From contig CAZNTG010000006.1 of the NCBI GenBank assembly GCA_964575955.1, forward strand, positions 1-64,000: a stretch of DNA of 64,000 bases. The letters run 5' to 3'. The notes under the pieces are model-generated. The model was not told the origin of the DNA. It saw only the letters and a list, made by a program, of their open reading frames with translations, and did not search any database. Origin of the DNA: an uncultured Thermoproteaceae archaeon. GTDB lineage: Archaea; Thermoproteota; Thermoprotei; Thermoproteales; Thermocladiaceae. This document shows positions 47,184 to 57,709 of this stretch, one piece after another. The first letter of the stretch is position 1. Each line of letters opens with the position of its first letter. A program made the translations under genes and the position numbers.

Positions 47184-48366
47184 ATATTGGTAAACTTCTG
47201 TCTCCAGTATTTAATACTTCTTCTATCTCTCTAATAACCGAAAGTCTTACATCTATATTTCTAACTCTCTTAGATAGATAATGGTACTGTTTTACAGAGT
47301 TTGTGTAGATAACATCATACTTCTCAACTATACTATCAATATATGATGATACGAATAGGCAAGTATCATAGATAATTTTGAAACAGACATTTCCATTTAG
47401 AAACATTTTACAAAATCTAGATGTGAAAATCCAGACATTATTAAAAAGTTCACACTTAAATTTATCTAAATGACAAATCTTTCTCACAGAATCTTTAGAC
47501 ATGTGTGGACATCCTAAAACTACAATCTCATGCTTTTTTAAATCTCTAAGAGATAGTTGAATTGAAATATCTTTAATCTCTCTCTCAATATCTCTAATAT
47601 CTATACTTAGCCTACTTTCTATATTCATACTATCTCTGTAGTATTTATAGTTTGTTGATAATCTATCTATTATTACTAATGTTGAATTACTATACGTTGA
47701 GAATGATGCTAAGAAGGATTTTAAGCTCTCAATATTTTTAAATAATGTTTTTGATGGTTTTAGATATACTACATCTAGATCTTTACTATATTTTTCACCA
47801 ATAATCTTTCCTAATACTCCAGCTTCTACACAATTTAATTCTCTATTATTTCTAACTTCAACATATATTTTCGGTATTCTATTTTTAGGATTTGATAAGC
47901 CTATAAGTGGCATCTTACCAACCAATGCACATATTAGTGCTAATGGGCCAGGCAGTTTTTCGACATATGCATCATATATAGAGTTTATGAATGCTACAGC
48001 ACTTGATTCAGACCATGCATAGAATCTTCTAGGTTTAATATTTTGATATTCATATGGTATACAGGTAAACCATGTAGATACTCCAATACTTTTTAATATT
48101 TTTAATATTTCTAACTGTGCTTTACATATTTCACAATTTTCTCTATATAAATCTTCAATACACATACACATTGGATTACAGGTTGTGAAAACTTTTACTC
48201 TACATTTTGATGTGTATAAATCTTTTAGAAATTCTAGACCTGCTTTTCCAATATTTATGTATGATATTCCTGATATGTGTGATGATTCTACATCAACATA
48301 TTTTTCATATCCTAAGTTTGACAATACTTCTCTCAACTTACTAAATATCTCTTCTACATTTATCAC
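47161..48366 (-). CDS. Aconitase X large subunit (DUF521; phosphomevalonate dehydratase-like)
   Basis: HISGISY.NIG, TCIPY, AWSESSA, LGCPH, DTC. Confidence 0.85.
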   Translation of the reverse strand: MINVEEIFSKLREVLSNLGYEKYVDVESSHISGISYINIGKAGLEFLKDLYTSKCRVKVFTTCNPMCMCIEDLYRENCEICKAQLEILKILKSIGVSTWFTCIPYEYQNIKPRRFYAWSESSAVAFINSIYDAYVEKLPGPLALICALVGKMPLIGLSNPKNRIPKIYVEVRNNRELNCVEAGVLGKIIGEKYSKDLDVVYLKPSKTLFKNIESLKSFLASFSTYSNSTLVIIDRLSTNYKYYRDSMNIESRLSIDIRDIEREIKDISIQLSLRDLKKHEIVVLGCPHMSKDSVRKICHLDKFKCELFNNVWIFTSRFCKMFLNGNVCFKIIYDTCLFVSSYIDSIVEKYDVIYTNSVKQYHYLSKRVRNIDVRLSVIREIEEVLNTGDRSLPIYVKRKEA

Positions 48367-48451
48367 ATCTATAACAACTTTTCTAAATATTGTAAAGCTC
48401 TACGTTTATAAACTAGTTCAAGTCTAGTAATTAATTGGGGATTAGTTACAG

Positions 48452-48742
48452 ATGACGAGAATTAGGAGGCTTGTACTTGATGTTGATATTCCATCTAAGG
48501 TTAGCATTGTCGAACTTGCTAAAAATATAACTAAGGTTCCAGGTGTTAAGGCTGTAAATATTACTGTAGAGGAGACTGATGTTGATGTTCTTGGACTTGT
48601 AATCATTGTTGAGGGTGATGATATAAATTTTGAAGAATTGAAAAAGGTTATTGAATATCATGGTGCTGCAATACATGGTGTTGATCAGGTTGTAGCTGGT
48701 GATCGAATTATTGAATATCCTGTGAGAATTGTTAGAAGGTAG
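48452..48742 (+). CDS. DUF211 family protein
   Basis: IRRLVLDV, VNITVEETD, GAAIHGVDQVVAG. Confidence 0.9.
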   Translation: MTRIRRLVLDVDIPSKVSIVELAKNITKVPGVKAVNITVEETDVDVLGLVIIVEGDDINFEELKKVIEYHGAAIHGVDQVVAGDRIIEYPVRIVRR

Positions 48743-48793
48743 TCTAACATGTCTAATGTAAATGTTAAATAGTTCTCCATAGTTAAGCATGGA

Positions 48794-50143
48794 GTGTATA
48801 GATTTGACGTTGTTATAGTAGGTGGTGGTACTGCTGGACTATACGCAGCTTACAACCTTGCTAAATTTGGATTCTCTGTATGTGTAGTAGAGCAAAAATC
48901 TGTAGATTCATTATACAAGATTACTGGAGATGCAATAGGTAAGCATCACATAGATAGACATGGTATTGATATTAGTGGAATTGTTGAAAATTTCTATAAA
49001 GGAGCACTTGTATACAGTCCTGACGAGGACGTAAGATTGAAAGTTCCAGGAGAAGGATATGCACTAGACATATCAGGATGGTTGAAAAGATTAGCAAGTA
49101 TGGCATTGTCTAGAGGAGTAACAATACTAGATAAGACAACATTCACAAAACCTATAGTAGATGGTAAATATGTAGTTGGTGTTAGATGTAGAAGAGATGG
49201 AGATGTTGAAATATATTCAAAAGTTGTTATAGATGCGTCAGGAGCTACAGCAGTTGTAAGAACAAGACTTCCATGGAATATACCATTCACAGAACCTTTA
49301 AAATATGAAGATGTCTCATATGCATATAGAGAAGTTGTTGAATTAGACTCAGAACCTGAAGAGAGAGAATACATAAGGATATATCTAAATCAGAATATTG
49401 CACCAGGAGGATATTGGTGGTTCTTTCCAAAGAAGGGGAGTGTAGTTAACGTTGGTCTTGGAATTTGGGGTAAGTATGTTAAAGAGTTGAAATATAGTCC
49501 ACTAGAATTTTATAAGGATAAGTTATTGAAAGTTAGAAGAGAATTACAGAATAGAAAAATAATAAACTCAGGTGGTGGCATTGTTCCAACTAGAAGACCA
49601 CTAGAGACATTGGCATGGTATGGTATTGTTGCTATTGGTGATGCAGGTGTTACTGTAAATCCAGTACATGGTGGTGGTCTAGGTCCTGCATTACTTTCAG
49701 CAAAGCTTGCATCAGAGACAATAGCTGAAGCATGGGAGAGAGGTAGTATGAGTTTAGAAAATCTGTGGAACTACAATATTAAATATATAGAGGAGTATGG
49801 TAAAAAACAGGCAAAACTTGACATATTTAGACTAGCACTTCAACATATGAATAATGAAGAAATTGAGAGAGGTTTAAAGGCTGGTCTTGTAGATGAGAGT
49901 GAGGTCTTATCAATATCATCAGAAGCTAGAACATCATCAATATTTGACAAGTTGAAAAAGCTTTTAAAACTTAGAAAAGTACCATTTTCACTAGCTAGAA
50001 AACTTATACTATCTTTCACATATATGAAGAAGATTGAAAAGCTCTACGATAACTATCCTAGAGATCCTAAAGATCTTGATCTCTGGATTGAAAAACTTAG
50101 AAAACTATATTCAGACTACTTAAAGACACTTAAGAAGATATGA
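48794..50143 (+). CDS. Digeranylgeranylglycerophospholipid reductase
   Basis: GGGTAG, DASG, PGGYWWFFPK, GDA..VNPVHGGG. Confidence 0.88.
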   Translation: MYRFDVVIVGGGTAGLYAAYNLAKFGFSVCVVEQKSVDSLYKITGDAIGKHHIDRHGIDISGIVENFYKGALVYSPDEDVRLKVPGEGYALDISGWLKRLASMALSRGVTILDKTTFTKPIVDGKYVVGVRCRRDGDVEIYSKVVIDASGATAVVRTRLPWNIPFTEPLKYEDVSYAYREVVELDSEPEEREYIRIYLNQNIAPGGYWWFFPKKGSVVNVGLGIWGKYVKELKYSPLEFYKDKLLKVRRELQNRKIINSGGGIVPTRRPLETLAWYGIVAIGDAGVTVNPVHGGGLGPALLSAKLASETIAEAWERGSMSLENLWNYNIKYIEEYGKKQAKLDIFRLALQHMNNEEIERGLKAGLVDESEVLSISSEARTSSIFDKLKKLLKLRKVPFSLARKLILSFTYMKKIEKLYDNYPRDPKDLDLWIEKLRKLYSDYLKTLKKI

Positions 50144-50727
50144 CTCGAGAAGCAGAGCTTAGAAGACTGTTAGCAGAAGTGTTTAGATGGACATATCTTA
50201 AAGGATTAACAACAACACTTGGAGGAAACGCATCTGTAAAACTTGATGATGAGACAATACTGATAACACCATCAGGAATGCCTAAACACATGATAAGACC
50301 AGCACATATAGTTAAGATGAAGCTTGATGGAACAGTTCAAGGACCAGGAAAACCATCATCAGAGTGGAGAATGCATGTTGAGATATATAAGACTAGAGAT
50401 GATGTTAGAGCTGTACTTCACGTACATTCACCACACATATTAGCACTCTACGAAGCTGGATATAAGCTTGATATAGATATTGTAGAATTGAAAACCTATG
50501 TAGGACCTACAATACCAGAAGTTGGCTATCTAACGCCAGGAAGTCAAGAACTTGCAGAAGCAGTAGCAAGAGCATTAAGACCTAGGAATGTACATGCAGT
50601 AATTTTAAGAGGACATGGAGTAGTAACTGTAGGTTCAAATATACTAGAAGCTCTAAATAGAGCAGAAATACTAGATCAGGCAGCGTATATAACAATATTG
50701 AGAAATATGTTAACGAGAGAACGTTAA
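50140..50727 (+). CDS. Class II aldolase/adducin family protein
   Basis: GGNAS, ITPSG, PSSEWRMH, HVHSP, LRGHG. Confidence 0.92.
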   Translation: MTREAELRRLLAEVFRWTYLKGLTTTLGGNASVKLDDETILITPSGMPKHMIRPAHIVKMKLDGTVQGPGKPSSEWRMHVEIYKTRDDVRAVLHVHSPHILALYEAGYKLDIDIVELKTYVGPTIPEVGYLTPGSQELAEAVARALRPRNVHAVILRGHGVVTVGSNILEALNRAEILDQAAYITILRNMLTRER

Positions 50728-50774
50728 TGATGAAGCACCAGTTTACTGATATTGATGAAAGGGTAGGTTGCTGA
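50727..50774 (+). ncRNA. C/D box sRNA
   Basis: ATGATGA-agcaccagttta-CTGA-ta-TTGATGA-aagggtaggttg-CTGA; canonical boxes and two 12-nt guides antisense to 16S 5'-domain-like motifs AAACUGGUGCU and CAACCUACCCU. Confidence 0.9.
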
Positions 50775-50776
50775 TC

Positions 50777-51283
50777 TCACATAAACTCTTCATCTTCAAT
50801 AAAATCCTCAATCATCTCTTCAGCAAGCATCATAGGTATTACTATTCCAAAAGCATCAGTAAAGAATGATAGAAGTAGTGCATCTTCAATCATTCCTAGA
50901 GCTGCAAGTGCGGGTATGTAATCCTTTATCGACTCAGCCTTTCTCTTAGCTTCTTCATGTCTACCCTTAACTACCAATTCTTTAGTCTCATTCAAAGTCT
51001 TATTAACTTCTTTTAAAACCTCTTCCTTCAAATTATTAAGAACTTTAAGACCCTTATCTGTTAATTTGAAAATTTTCCTCTTAAATATCCTACCTCTCTC
51101 CTCTTCTTCAATATAGCCATTCTTTATAGCATACTCAATAACATTCTTAATAATTTCATGAGATATTCCAGATAATTTGAAAAATATACATCTCTCACTT
51201 CTACAACCCTTATTTATAGCTTCCAGCACAAGATAGAGAACATTCTTATCAACACTACCTGTAGACATGTATCTACAAGACAT
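50777..51283 (-). CDS. Winged-helix protein with a hydrophobic and acidic C-terminus
   Basis: GYIEEEERG...FKLTDKG wing motif; tail IEDFIEDEEFM. Confidence 0.65.
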   Translation of the reverse strand: MSCRYMSTGSVDKNVLYLVLEAINKGCRSERCIFFKLSGISHEIIKNVIEYAIKNGYIEEEERGRIFKRKIFKLTDKGLKVLNNLKEEVLKEVNKTLNETKELVVKGRHEEAKRKAESIKDYIPALAALGMIEDALLLSFFTDAFGIVIPMMLAEEMIEDFIEDEEFM

Positions 51284-51318
51284 TATCTAACATATATGTC
51301 TAAAGTATCTTTAGGAAA

Positions 51319-52593
51319 CTAACAGTTCAAATATTTTTCGAGAATATTCTTAACAAGTTCACATTTAGAGTAGTAATCTATCTTATCAACAATATCTACA
51401 ATCTTCATAATTAAATCTTTACACCTATCAACGTTTAGAGAACCTGAACACTCTATAAAACATAAATCTTCATAATTACACTTCCTCTTTACACATAAAT
51501 CCTTATAGAAACCACATAATGAATATTTCTCAACTATATGAAAAACCTCACTAACCTCAGAAACATCTAACAACTTCACTAATCTCTTCATAATTTTAAA
51601 ATCTTCAAAAATATTACATAAATTATCTACACTTACAAGATCAATATCTACAAATCCATGCCTGTAACACTCATATAATAATCTCAATACTAAATACATA
51701 ATACAAAACTTTGAAATATTTAGAATATAGTACTCTATCTCCGAGAATGTTCTAATAAAGTTCTTCATAATATAACTATAATCTTCTGCATATCTTAAAT
51801 CTACACCTAGACATCTATACATCAATACATCTAACATATTTTTAATATCAACACTCTTAATCTTACTTAATACAAATCTTGTAAGTTCTATTAATCTCCT
51901 ATAACTATCAACTGCCTCAAATACAAATCCCTCATTCAATCTTGAGATTATTTCCTGAATCTTTATTAGAATATTATTTATCCAATGTCTATCTTCTCTA
52001 TCTAAATACTTATTATCCCTTATGAATTTTAGAAGTTCTATAAATGCAAATACCTTATAACTACCTTCAACATCTAACTTTACAATATTTACCTCATCGC
52101 TAGATATGAAATACTTATCATATATCTCTACATTTATATTAAGTATACTCTTAAGCAGTCTGGATGTAATATATGTTGAATACTTAACTATAAAATTCTC
52201 GGTTGTTGTTAAGTCTATAATAATATTACACTTATCTATATTCATTTTCTCTATATATTTCATAACTTCTATAAACATTCTAGTTATTATATCATTTTGA
52301 TCAAGTTTTCCTATATTTATAGAATCTATCCATGATTTATCAAGTATTGTTAATGTGTACTCATCATCTTTAAAGTTTTCTCTTAATATTCTTCTAATAT
52401 CCTTAATATCTTTCACTTTAATATCATCTGTATGTAGTATAAGTATGTTTGACACTTTTTCATATATGAATGGTAGTATTGTTGAAGTTTTTAATATACT
52501 ATCTCTAAATCTTATCTTAAATTTTTTAATAGGGTTTAATATTGTTGATTTATCGATGATTATGCAGTAGATTGTGCTGTTTGACATATACAT
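51319..52593 (-). CDS. Hypothetical protein; degenerate Csx1-like CARF(-HEPN) candidate
   Basis: 424 aa; IIIDLTTTENF aligns by eye to the Csx1 DxTHGxNF motif; late YSLCGFYKD lies where RNxxAHAGF would be. Confidence 0.5.
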   Translation of the reverse strand: MYMSNSTIYCIIIDKSTILNPIKKFKIRFRDSILKTSTILPFIYEKVSNILILHTDDIKVKDIKDIRRILRENFKDDEYTLTILDKSWIDSINIGKLDQNDIITRMFIEVMKYIEKMNIDKCNIIIDLTTTENFIVKYSTYITSRLLKSILNINVEIYDKYFISSDEVNIVKLDVEGSYKVFAFIELLKFIRDNKYLDREDRHWINNILIKIQEIISRLNEGFVFEAVDSYRRLIELTRFVLSKIKSVDIKNMLDVLMYRCLGVDLRYAEDYSYIMKNFIRTFSEIEYYILNISKFCIMYLVLRLLYECYRHGFVDIDLVSVDNLCNIFEDFKIMKRLVKLLDVSEVSEVFHIVEKYSLCGFYKDLCVKRKCNYEDLCFIECSGSLNVDRCKDLIMKIVDIVDKIDYYSKCELVKNILEKYLNC

Positions 52594-52600
52594 AATAGTA

Positions 52601-52649
52601 TCAGCGTATCCTTATCTAATCATCTATCATACCCACCGCTAATCATCAT
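52601..52649 (-). ncRNA. C/D box sRNA
   Basis: Minus strand ATGATGA-ttagcggtgggt-ATGA-tagatga-ttagataaggatacg-CTGA; targets not recognised. Confidence 0.7.
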
Positions 52650-53632
52650 TTTCTAACTAGCTTGACTATACTGACCTTATAACCTCCCTGTACTGTATCC
52701 ACTCTATCTACGACTTCTAGATTAAGTTTTTGTAACTCCCTCCCTATATTTTTAAAGATTTTTGAAAATGTTATGAAAACTATACATCCATAATCTACAA
52801 TTTCCCATGAAGCTTTCTGTAAAAATTTCAGATATAGTTCTATACTTGATCTTAATCTTAAACCTCTTGGTGGATCTGTAATTATACACTCAATATCTCT
52901 AAATCTAATTTTAAAATAATCTCCACACAGTATATCTACCTTATCTAATATGTCTAAAACTTTCAAATTCAATATAGACTTCTTAAGAACTTCATATTCA
53001 ATATCTACACATTTAACATGTGTATTTTTCCAAAATCTTACATATTCTATCGGTATCGTTAAACTACCTGCAAATGGATCTAAAACTACATCATACCTTC
53101 CTGCAATTATTGACATTGTAGCTGCAAGTATTGGATTTAGTGATGCTCTAGACTTGTAGACTGTATACCATCTTCTATAGAGTGGTTGTATTGAACCTAT
53201 ATTAATACATATTAAGAATCCTCTATTAAAAAATCTCACATATATTTCATAATCTCCTCTAGATCTTGTTAATCTACATTTAAATACTCTCTCAATTTCT
53301 CTAATAAGTATTTTAAGTATCTTATCTCTAACGTCTCTACTTACAACATTTACAATACTACCATGTTCAAAATAGTCTGAATACTCTCTTAAAGTTTTTC
53401 TAACAACTTTCCTGAACTCTTTAATATCATTCACATATGGTATCCATGTTATACATCTCTCTAATCTCGTTACTGTTTGTAATTTTCTTAACAATTTTAC
53501 ATATTCTTCAGAAACTTCAATAATTAAACTTGTCTGATCACTATACTTAACATTTACAGGTACATTCCTGATAGCTAATTCCTTAAGAACTATCTTATCA
53601 AGATTTGGAAGTGTTTCAAGTATGACTAGCAT
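52646..53632 (-). CDS. THUMP-domain RNA methyltransferase (Trm14 / UPF0020-like)
   Basis: LYRRWY...ASLNPILAA, LDPFAGSLTIPIE, TDPPRG. Confidence 0.82.
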   Translation of the reverse strand: MLVILETLPNLDKIVLKELAIRNVPVNVKYSDQTSLIIEVSEEYVKLLRKLQTVTRLERCITWIPYVNDIKEFRKVVRKTLREYSDYFEHGSIVNVVSRDVRDKILKILIREIERVFKCRLTRSRGDYEIYVRFFNRGFLICINIGSIQPLYRRWYTVYKSRASLNPILAATMSIIAGRYDVVLDPFAGSLTIPIEYVRFWKNTHVKCVDIEYEVLKKSILNLKVLDILDKVDILCGDYFKIRFRDIECIITDPPRGLRLRSSIELYLKFLQKASWEIVDYGCIVFITFSKIFKNIGRELQKLNLEVVDRVDTVQGGYKVSIVKLVRK

Positions 53633-54596
53633 GAATATACTTATAGTTGGTGATGATCCACATATTTTAACATTAGCTTACTATACATCATTAATAAATC
53701 AGGATATTGACATAACTATAGCATGTACAGACGAGAATAAAAAATTTGTAGATAATGTATTGAATATAAGACCTGTACATAGTGAAAGATATTTACAATC
53801 TCTAGGTTGTGAAATTATAAATATTAGAGATGTGAAAGATTTTGATAAGTATGATATAGTGATAGATTTTATGACATATAATGTAGAATTTAAAGAAGAG
53901 TATGACTATGTTGAAGGTTTTGGATATATTGAACATAAGATATCTAGTAAGTATAGAATACCTATAAAACCTACAGAAGATGATATTGATAGTGATATAA
54001 TAACGTTCTTAGATAGAAGAGGATTGTTAGGTAGTGGTAAGAATAAGATTGTTGTTAAATATGGAATTAAACATATAGATAATGCAGATCTATACATAGG
54101 ATATGGAGCTTTCTCAAAATTTCAAAACTTTAAATCAACATTTAAAGATCCTTTCAATATTTATAGACATGTTATATACATATCTCTAATTTTAGCTTTC
54201 AGGAAAGATCTATCTAATATTGAGATGTTTCCAACATGGTTTCTAGTTCCAATTGATAAGTATCTAGTTTATAGATTTGGTCCTGTTAGCAGTGATATAT
54301 TTAAACTTGGAATTTCTCCGACAAGTATATCTCTAACTATCGATAATGTTTATATGAAAATTTTGACATGTTATGGTAAGTTTCCATTTAGTATTCAATG
54401 TGTGGGATCTTTTGAAGATGTTTCTAGTAAGTTATCACTTGCATATTCTATAGTATCTACATGTATTGAAGATCCTATTATTAAACTACTATCAATACCG
54501 TCAATTCCTGAAAGTGAAAATTTGAGAAGTTGGGTTGATATGTTTATTGAGTGTATTTTGAGAGAGTCTTATTGGATATACTACATTAAGCGTTAG
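53622..54596 (+). CDS. Hypothetical protein; possibly an eroded flavoprotein disulfide reductase fold
   Basis: N-terminal NILIVGDDPHILTLA Rossmann-like strand-helix lacking the glycines. Confidence 0.5.
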   Translation: MTSMNILIVGDDPHILTLAYYTSLINQDIDITIACTDENKKFVDNVLNIRPVHSERYLQSLGCEIINIRDVKDFDKYDIVIDFMTYNVEFKEEYDYVEGFGYIEHKISSKYRIPIKPTEDDIDSDIITFLDRRGLLGSGKNKIVVKYGIKHIDNADLYIGYGAFSKFQNFKSTFKDPFNIYRHVIYISLILAFRKDLSNIEMFPTWFLVPIDKYLVYRFGPVSSDIFKLGISPTSISLTIDNVYMKILTCYGKFPFSIQCVGSFEDVSSKLSLAYSIVSTCIEDPIIKLLSIPSIPESENLRSWVDMFIECILRESYWIYYIKR

Positions 54597-54836
54597 TTAT
54601 CTATTGTGTACATATTTACGTTTTTATCTTGAATGTCTATGTTGTTACATATTTTCAATGTATTAAAGATGTGTACATGCTATGCATTATGTATATATTC
54701 TCTATAGTACGCTTATGATATCTATAGTACTTTGATAGTCTATATAGTTTTTATATAAACATTCAACACTTGTTAAATGTATAATGAATGTCATGTTACT
54801 TAAAGTATATACGTTTCTTAAAAATATAGTATATAG

Positions 54837-56450
54837 TTGAGAATGAAGTCTTACAACTCTAATGGGTATCCTATAGTTATCACGTCTGACAGGGCTACCA
54901 TGACTAACTATAGTAATTTTAATGCACTTGGATTCTTACTATGCTTACCTGAGAGAATATTACCATCGTTTATAGCTAAACATTTTGTCGCACCCAAGAT
55001 GAAAGTTGATAAGTGTGGTAGACCTATACTACTTCCGTATGCATTAAGAAAAATTGAAGCTGCACTATACATGTCAGGTTTTACTGATAGAGATTTCATA
55101 ATAACAGCTCCTGAATTAGTGAGTAAGTTTATTGGACCTAACACTAAGATTGTTGCTATTCATGTACTTGATCCACTTGGACTAGCACCTGTAAGCTATA
55201 CTTTAAAAGCACTGTTTGGTGGTGGACAAACTTGGACTACTAGATTCTTTCTAGAGCTTATAGAGAAGTTGAAAAAGTTGAAAGATATCTATAAGTTTAC
55301 ACTGATAGCTGGTGGTCCTGGAACATGGCAGTTGAGATATCTATATAGAGATTTGGGTATTGACCTTCTAATACATGGTGAAGGTGAGGTCATATTTCCT
55401 GAAGTTTGTAAATCTATACTTAATGGTGAGAAGATTGAAGGTGAGATTGATGGTGGTTCAGTACCATTAGAGCTTATTCCAGCTATTAGAGGTCCCTCTA
55501 GAGGTGGTATGGTTCAGATTACTAGAGGTTGTCCACGTAGATGTAGATTTTGTAATCCAACAATGTTCAATTTTAGATCAATACCACTAGAGGTAATTGG
55601 TAAAGAGGTTGAAATTAATAAGAGAGCAGGCTATCGATTACAGAGTCTAGTTACTGAAGATGGCTTACTATACGGTGCTAAGGGTGTAGTAGTGAATAGA
55701 GATGCACTTAGAAAACTTATGAAGGTATTGAAGGAGAGAGGTGTTAGAGGAGATTTCTGTCATGTATCTATAGCAGCAACAGTACAGGCACCTGACATAG
55801 TTGAAGAGTGGGCTAGAGAAAATGGACATCTTGAAGACTGTGCATTTCCACAGGTAGGTCTTGAAACAGGTAGTCCAAGACTACTCAAGATGTATATGGC
55901 AGGTAAAGCAGCACCATTCAAAGTTGAGGAATGGCCTGAAATAGCTGAAGAAGCTACAGATATAATGAATAAGTGCAAGTGGTATCCGTGCTACACACTA
56001 ATACTAGGACTTCCAGGAGAGACTGAAGATGATGTTAAAGCAACGATAGATCTCATAAAGAGATTGAAAGGTAGGAAATGTTGGATATTTCCACTACTAT
56101 TTGTACCAATGGGTGGTTCAAAGCTTGAAGATAAAGATTTTGCAGATACTGAAATATTGAAGAATGATACATATATAGAAGTTATATATGAAATGTTAGA
56201 TCACAATATACAATACACACTATCAATACTTGACTTATTCGTAAGTAGAATTACCAATAAGATTGCTAGAAATGTAATGAAGAAATTTATTGGAAATAGT
56301 GTAAAGGCATTAGAAGGACTTAAAAATGAAGTTAAGAAAGACTTTCCAAAAATATTAGAAACTGCTAAAAATGTAGACTTTAATAATCCAATATCATTAT
56401 CAAAGCTAGTTATAGGGTGGATATTTAATAAGTTTAGAAGAAGATGTTAA
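54837..56450 (+). CDS. B12-binding-domain radical SAM protein
   Basis: PYALRKIEA, DPLG, GGPGTWQ, TRGCPRRCRFC, GLETGS, GLPGET. Confidence 0.9.
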   Translation: MRMKSYNSNGYPIVITSDRATMTNYSNFNALGFLLCLPERILPSFIAKHFVAPKMKVDKCGRPILLPYALRKIEAALYMSGFTDRDFIITAPELVSKFIGPNTKIVAIHVLDPLGLAPVSYTLKALFGGGQTWTTRFFLELIEKLKKLKDIYKFTLIAGGPGTWQLRYLYRDLGIDLLIHGEGEVIFPEVCKSILNGEKIEGEIDGGSVPLELIPAIRGPSRGGMVQITRGCPRRCRFCNPTMFNFRSIPLEVIGKEVEINKRAGYRLQSLVTEDGLLYGAKGVVVNRDALRKLMKVLKERGVRGDFCHVSIAATVQAPDIVEEWARENGHLEDCAFPQVGLETGSPRLLKMYMAGKAAPFKVEEWPEIAEEATDIMNKCKWYPCYTLILGLPGETEDDVKATIDLIKRLKGRKCWIFPLLFVPMGGSKLEDKDFADTEILKNDTYIEVIYEMLDHNIQYTLSILDLFVSRITNKIARNVMKKFIGNSVKALEGLKNEVKKDFPKILETAKNVDFNNPISLSKLVIGWIFNKFRRRC

Positions 56451-56456
56451 GAGTAG

Positions 56457-57707
56457 ATGACTAAGATAGACATCAAATTACCAGAAGATGGAGAGTTCAT
56501 CAGGATAGAGCGTGGAGAGTGGAAAGTGCCTAACAAGCCTATAATAGCATACATTGAGGGTGATGGTATTGGTCCTGAAGTTGTAAAACCAACAATAGAG
56601 ATAGTTGATAGAGCAGTAGAATTATGTTATGGATCTTCAAGACAGATAGTATGGTTAAAACTATATGCAGGTGATGAAGCTGAGAAGAAGTATGGTACAA
56701 GATTACCTGAGGAGACAATTAAGGCATTAGAAATTGTTAGAGTATTAATTAAGGGACCTCTATACACACCACCTGGAGGTGGTTGGAGAAGTATTAATGT
56801 ATTTCTTAGACAGAAGTTTGATCTATATGCAAATATAAGACCTGTAAAATACTTCAAAGGACTTCCATCACCATTAAAAGATCCTGAAGGTATAGATTTA
56901 GTAATTTTTAGAGAAAATACAGATGATCTATATGTAGGTATTGAATGGCCTTGGAATAGTGATGAAGCTAGGAAAATTAGAGAATTTCTATTAAAAGAGT
57001 TTGGAATTAAAATATCTGAAGATTCTGGAATTGGTATAAAACCAATGAGTAGGTATAAAACTGTTAGAATTAGTAGACTAGCTATACAGTATGCATTAAA
57101 GACAGGTAGAAAAGTTGTGACAGTTGTACATAAGGGAAATATTATGAAATATACAGAAGGAGCATTTAGAAATTGGTTTTATGAAGTTGCTCTAAATGAA
57201 TTTAGAGATTATGTAGTTACTGAAGATGAGGTTAAGGAGAAATTTAATGGAAAGATACCTGAAGGTAAGATATTGATTAATGATAGAATTATGGATAACA
57301 TGTTACAACAAATTATTCTAAATCCAAAAAACTACAGTGTTATACTATGTCCAAACGTTAATGGTGATTATCTAAGTGATGCAGCAGCTGCACTAGTAGG
57401 TGGTGTTTCCGTAGCTCCAAGTGCAAATATTGGAGATAGTGCAGCATTATTCGAACCTGTGCATGGTACAGCACCTGATATTGCTGGTAGAGGTATTGCA
57501 AATCCAACAGCAATGATATTATCAGCATGTCTAATGCTTGAATATATGGGATGGATTGAAGCAGCAGAACTTATTAGAAAGGCTATTCAGGAGGTTATAG
57601 CTAGTGGTAAGGTAACTCCTGACCTTGCTAAAGGTATGAATGTTAAACCATTAACAACTGAAGAATTTAAGAATGAAATTCTTAAAGTATTAGAAACATT
57701 GAGATAG
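56457..57707 (+). CDS. icd: NADP-dependent isocitrate dehydrogenase
   Basis: [54 protein letters not shown]. Confidence 0.96.
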   Translation: MTKIDIKLPEDGEFIRIERGEWKVPNKPIIAYIEGDGIGPEVVKPTIEIVDRAVELCYGSSRQIVWLKLYAGDEAEKKYGTRLPEETIKALEIVRVLIKGPLYTPPGGGWRSINVFLRQKFDLYANIRPVKYFKGLPSPLKDPEGIDLVIFRENTDDLYVGIEWPWNSDEARKIREFLLKEFGIKISEDSGIGIKPMSRYKTVRISRLAIQYALKTGRKVVTVVHKGNIMKYTEGAFRNWFYEVALNEFRDYVVTEDEVKEKFNGKIPEGKILINDRIMDNMLQQIILNPKNYSVILCPNVNGDYLSDAAAALVGGVSVAPSANIGDSAALFEPVHGTAPDIAGRGIANPTAMILSACLMLEYMGWIEAAELIRKAIQEVIASGKVTPDLAKGMNVKPLTTEEFKNEILKVLETLR

Positions 57708-57709
57708 TA

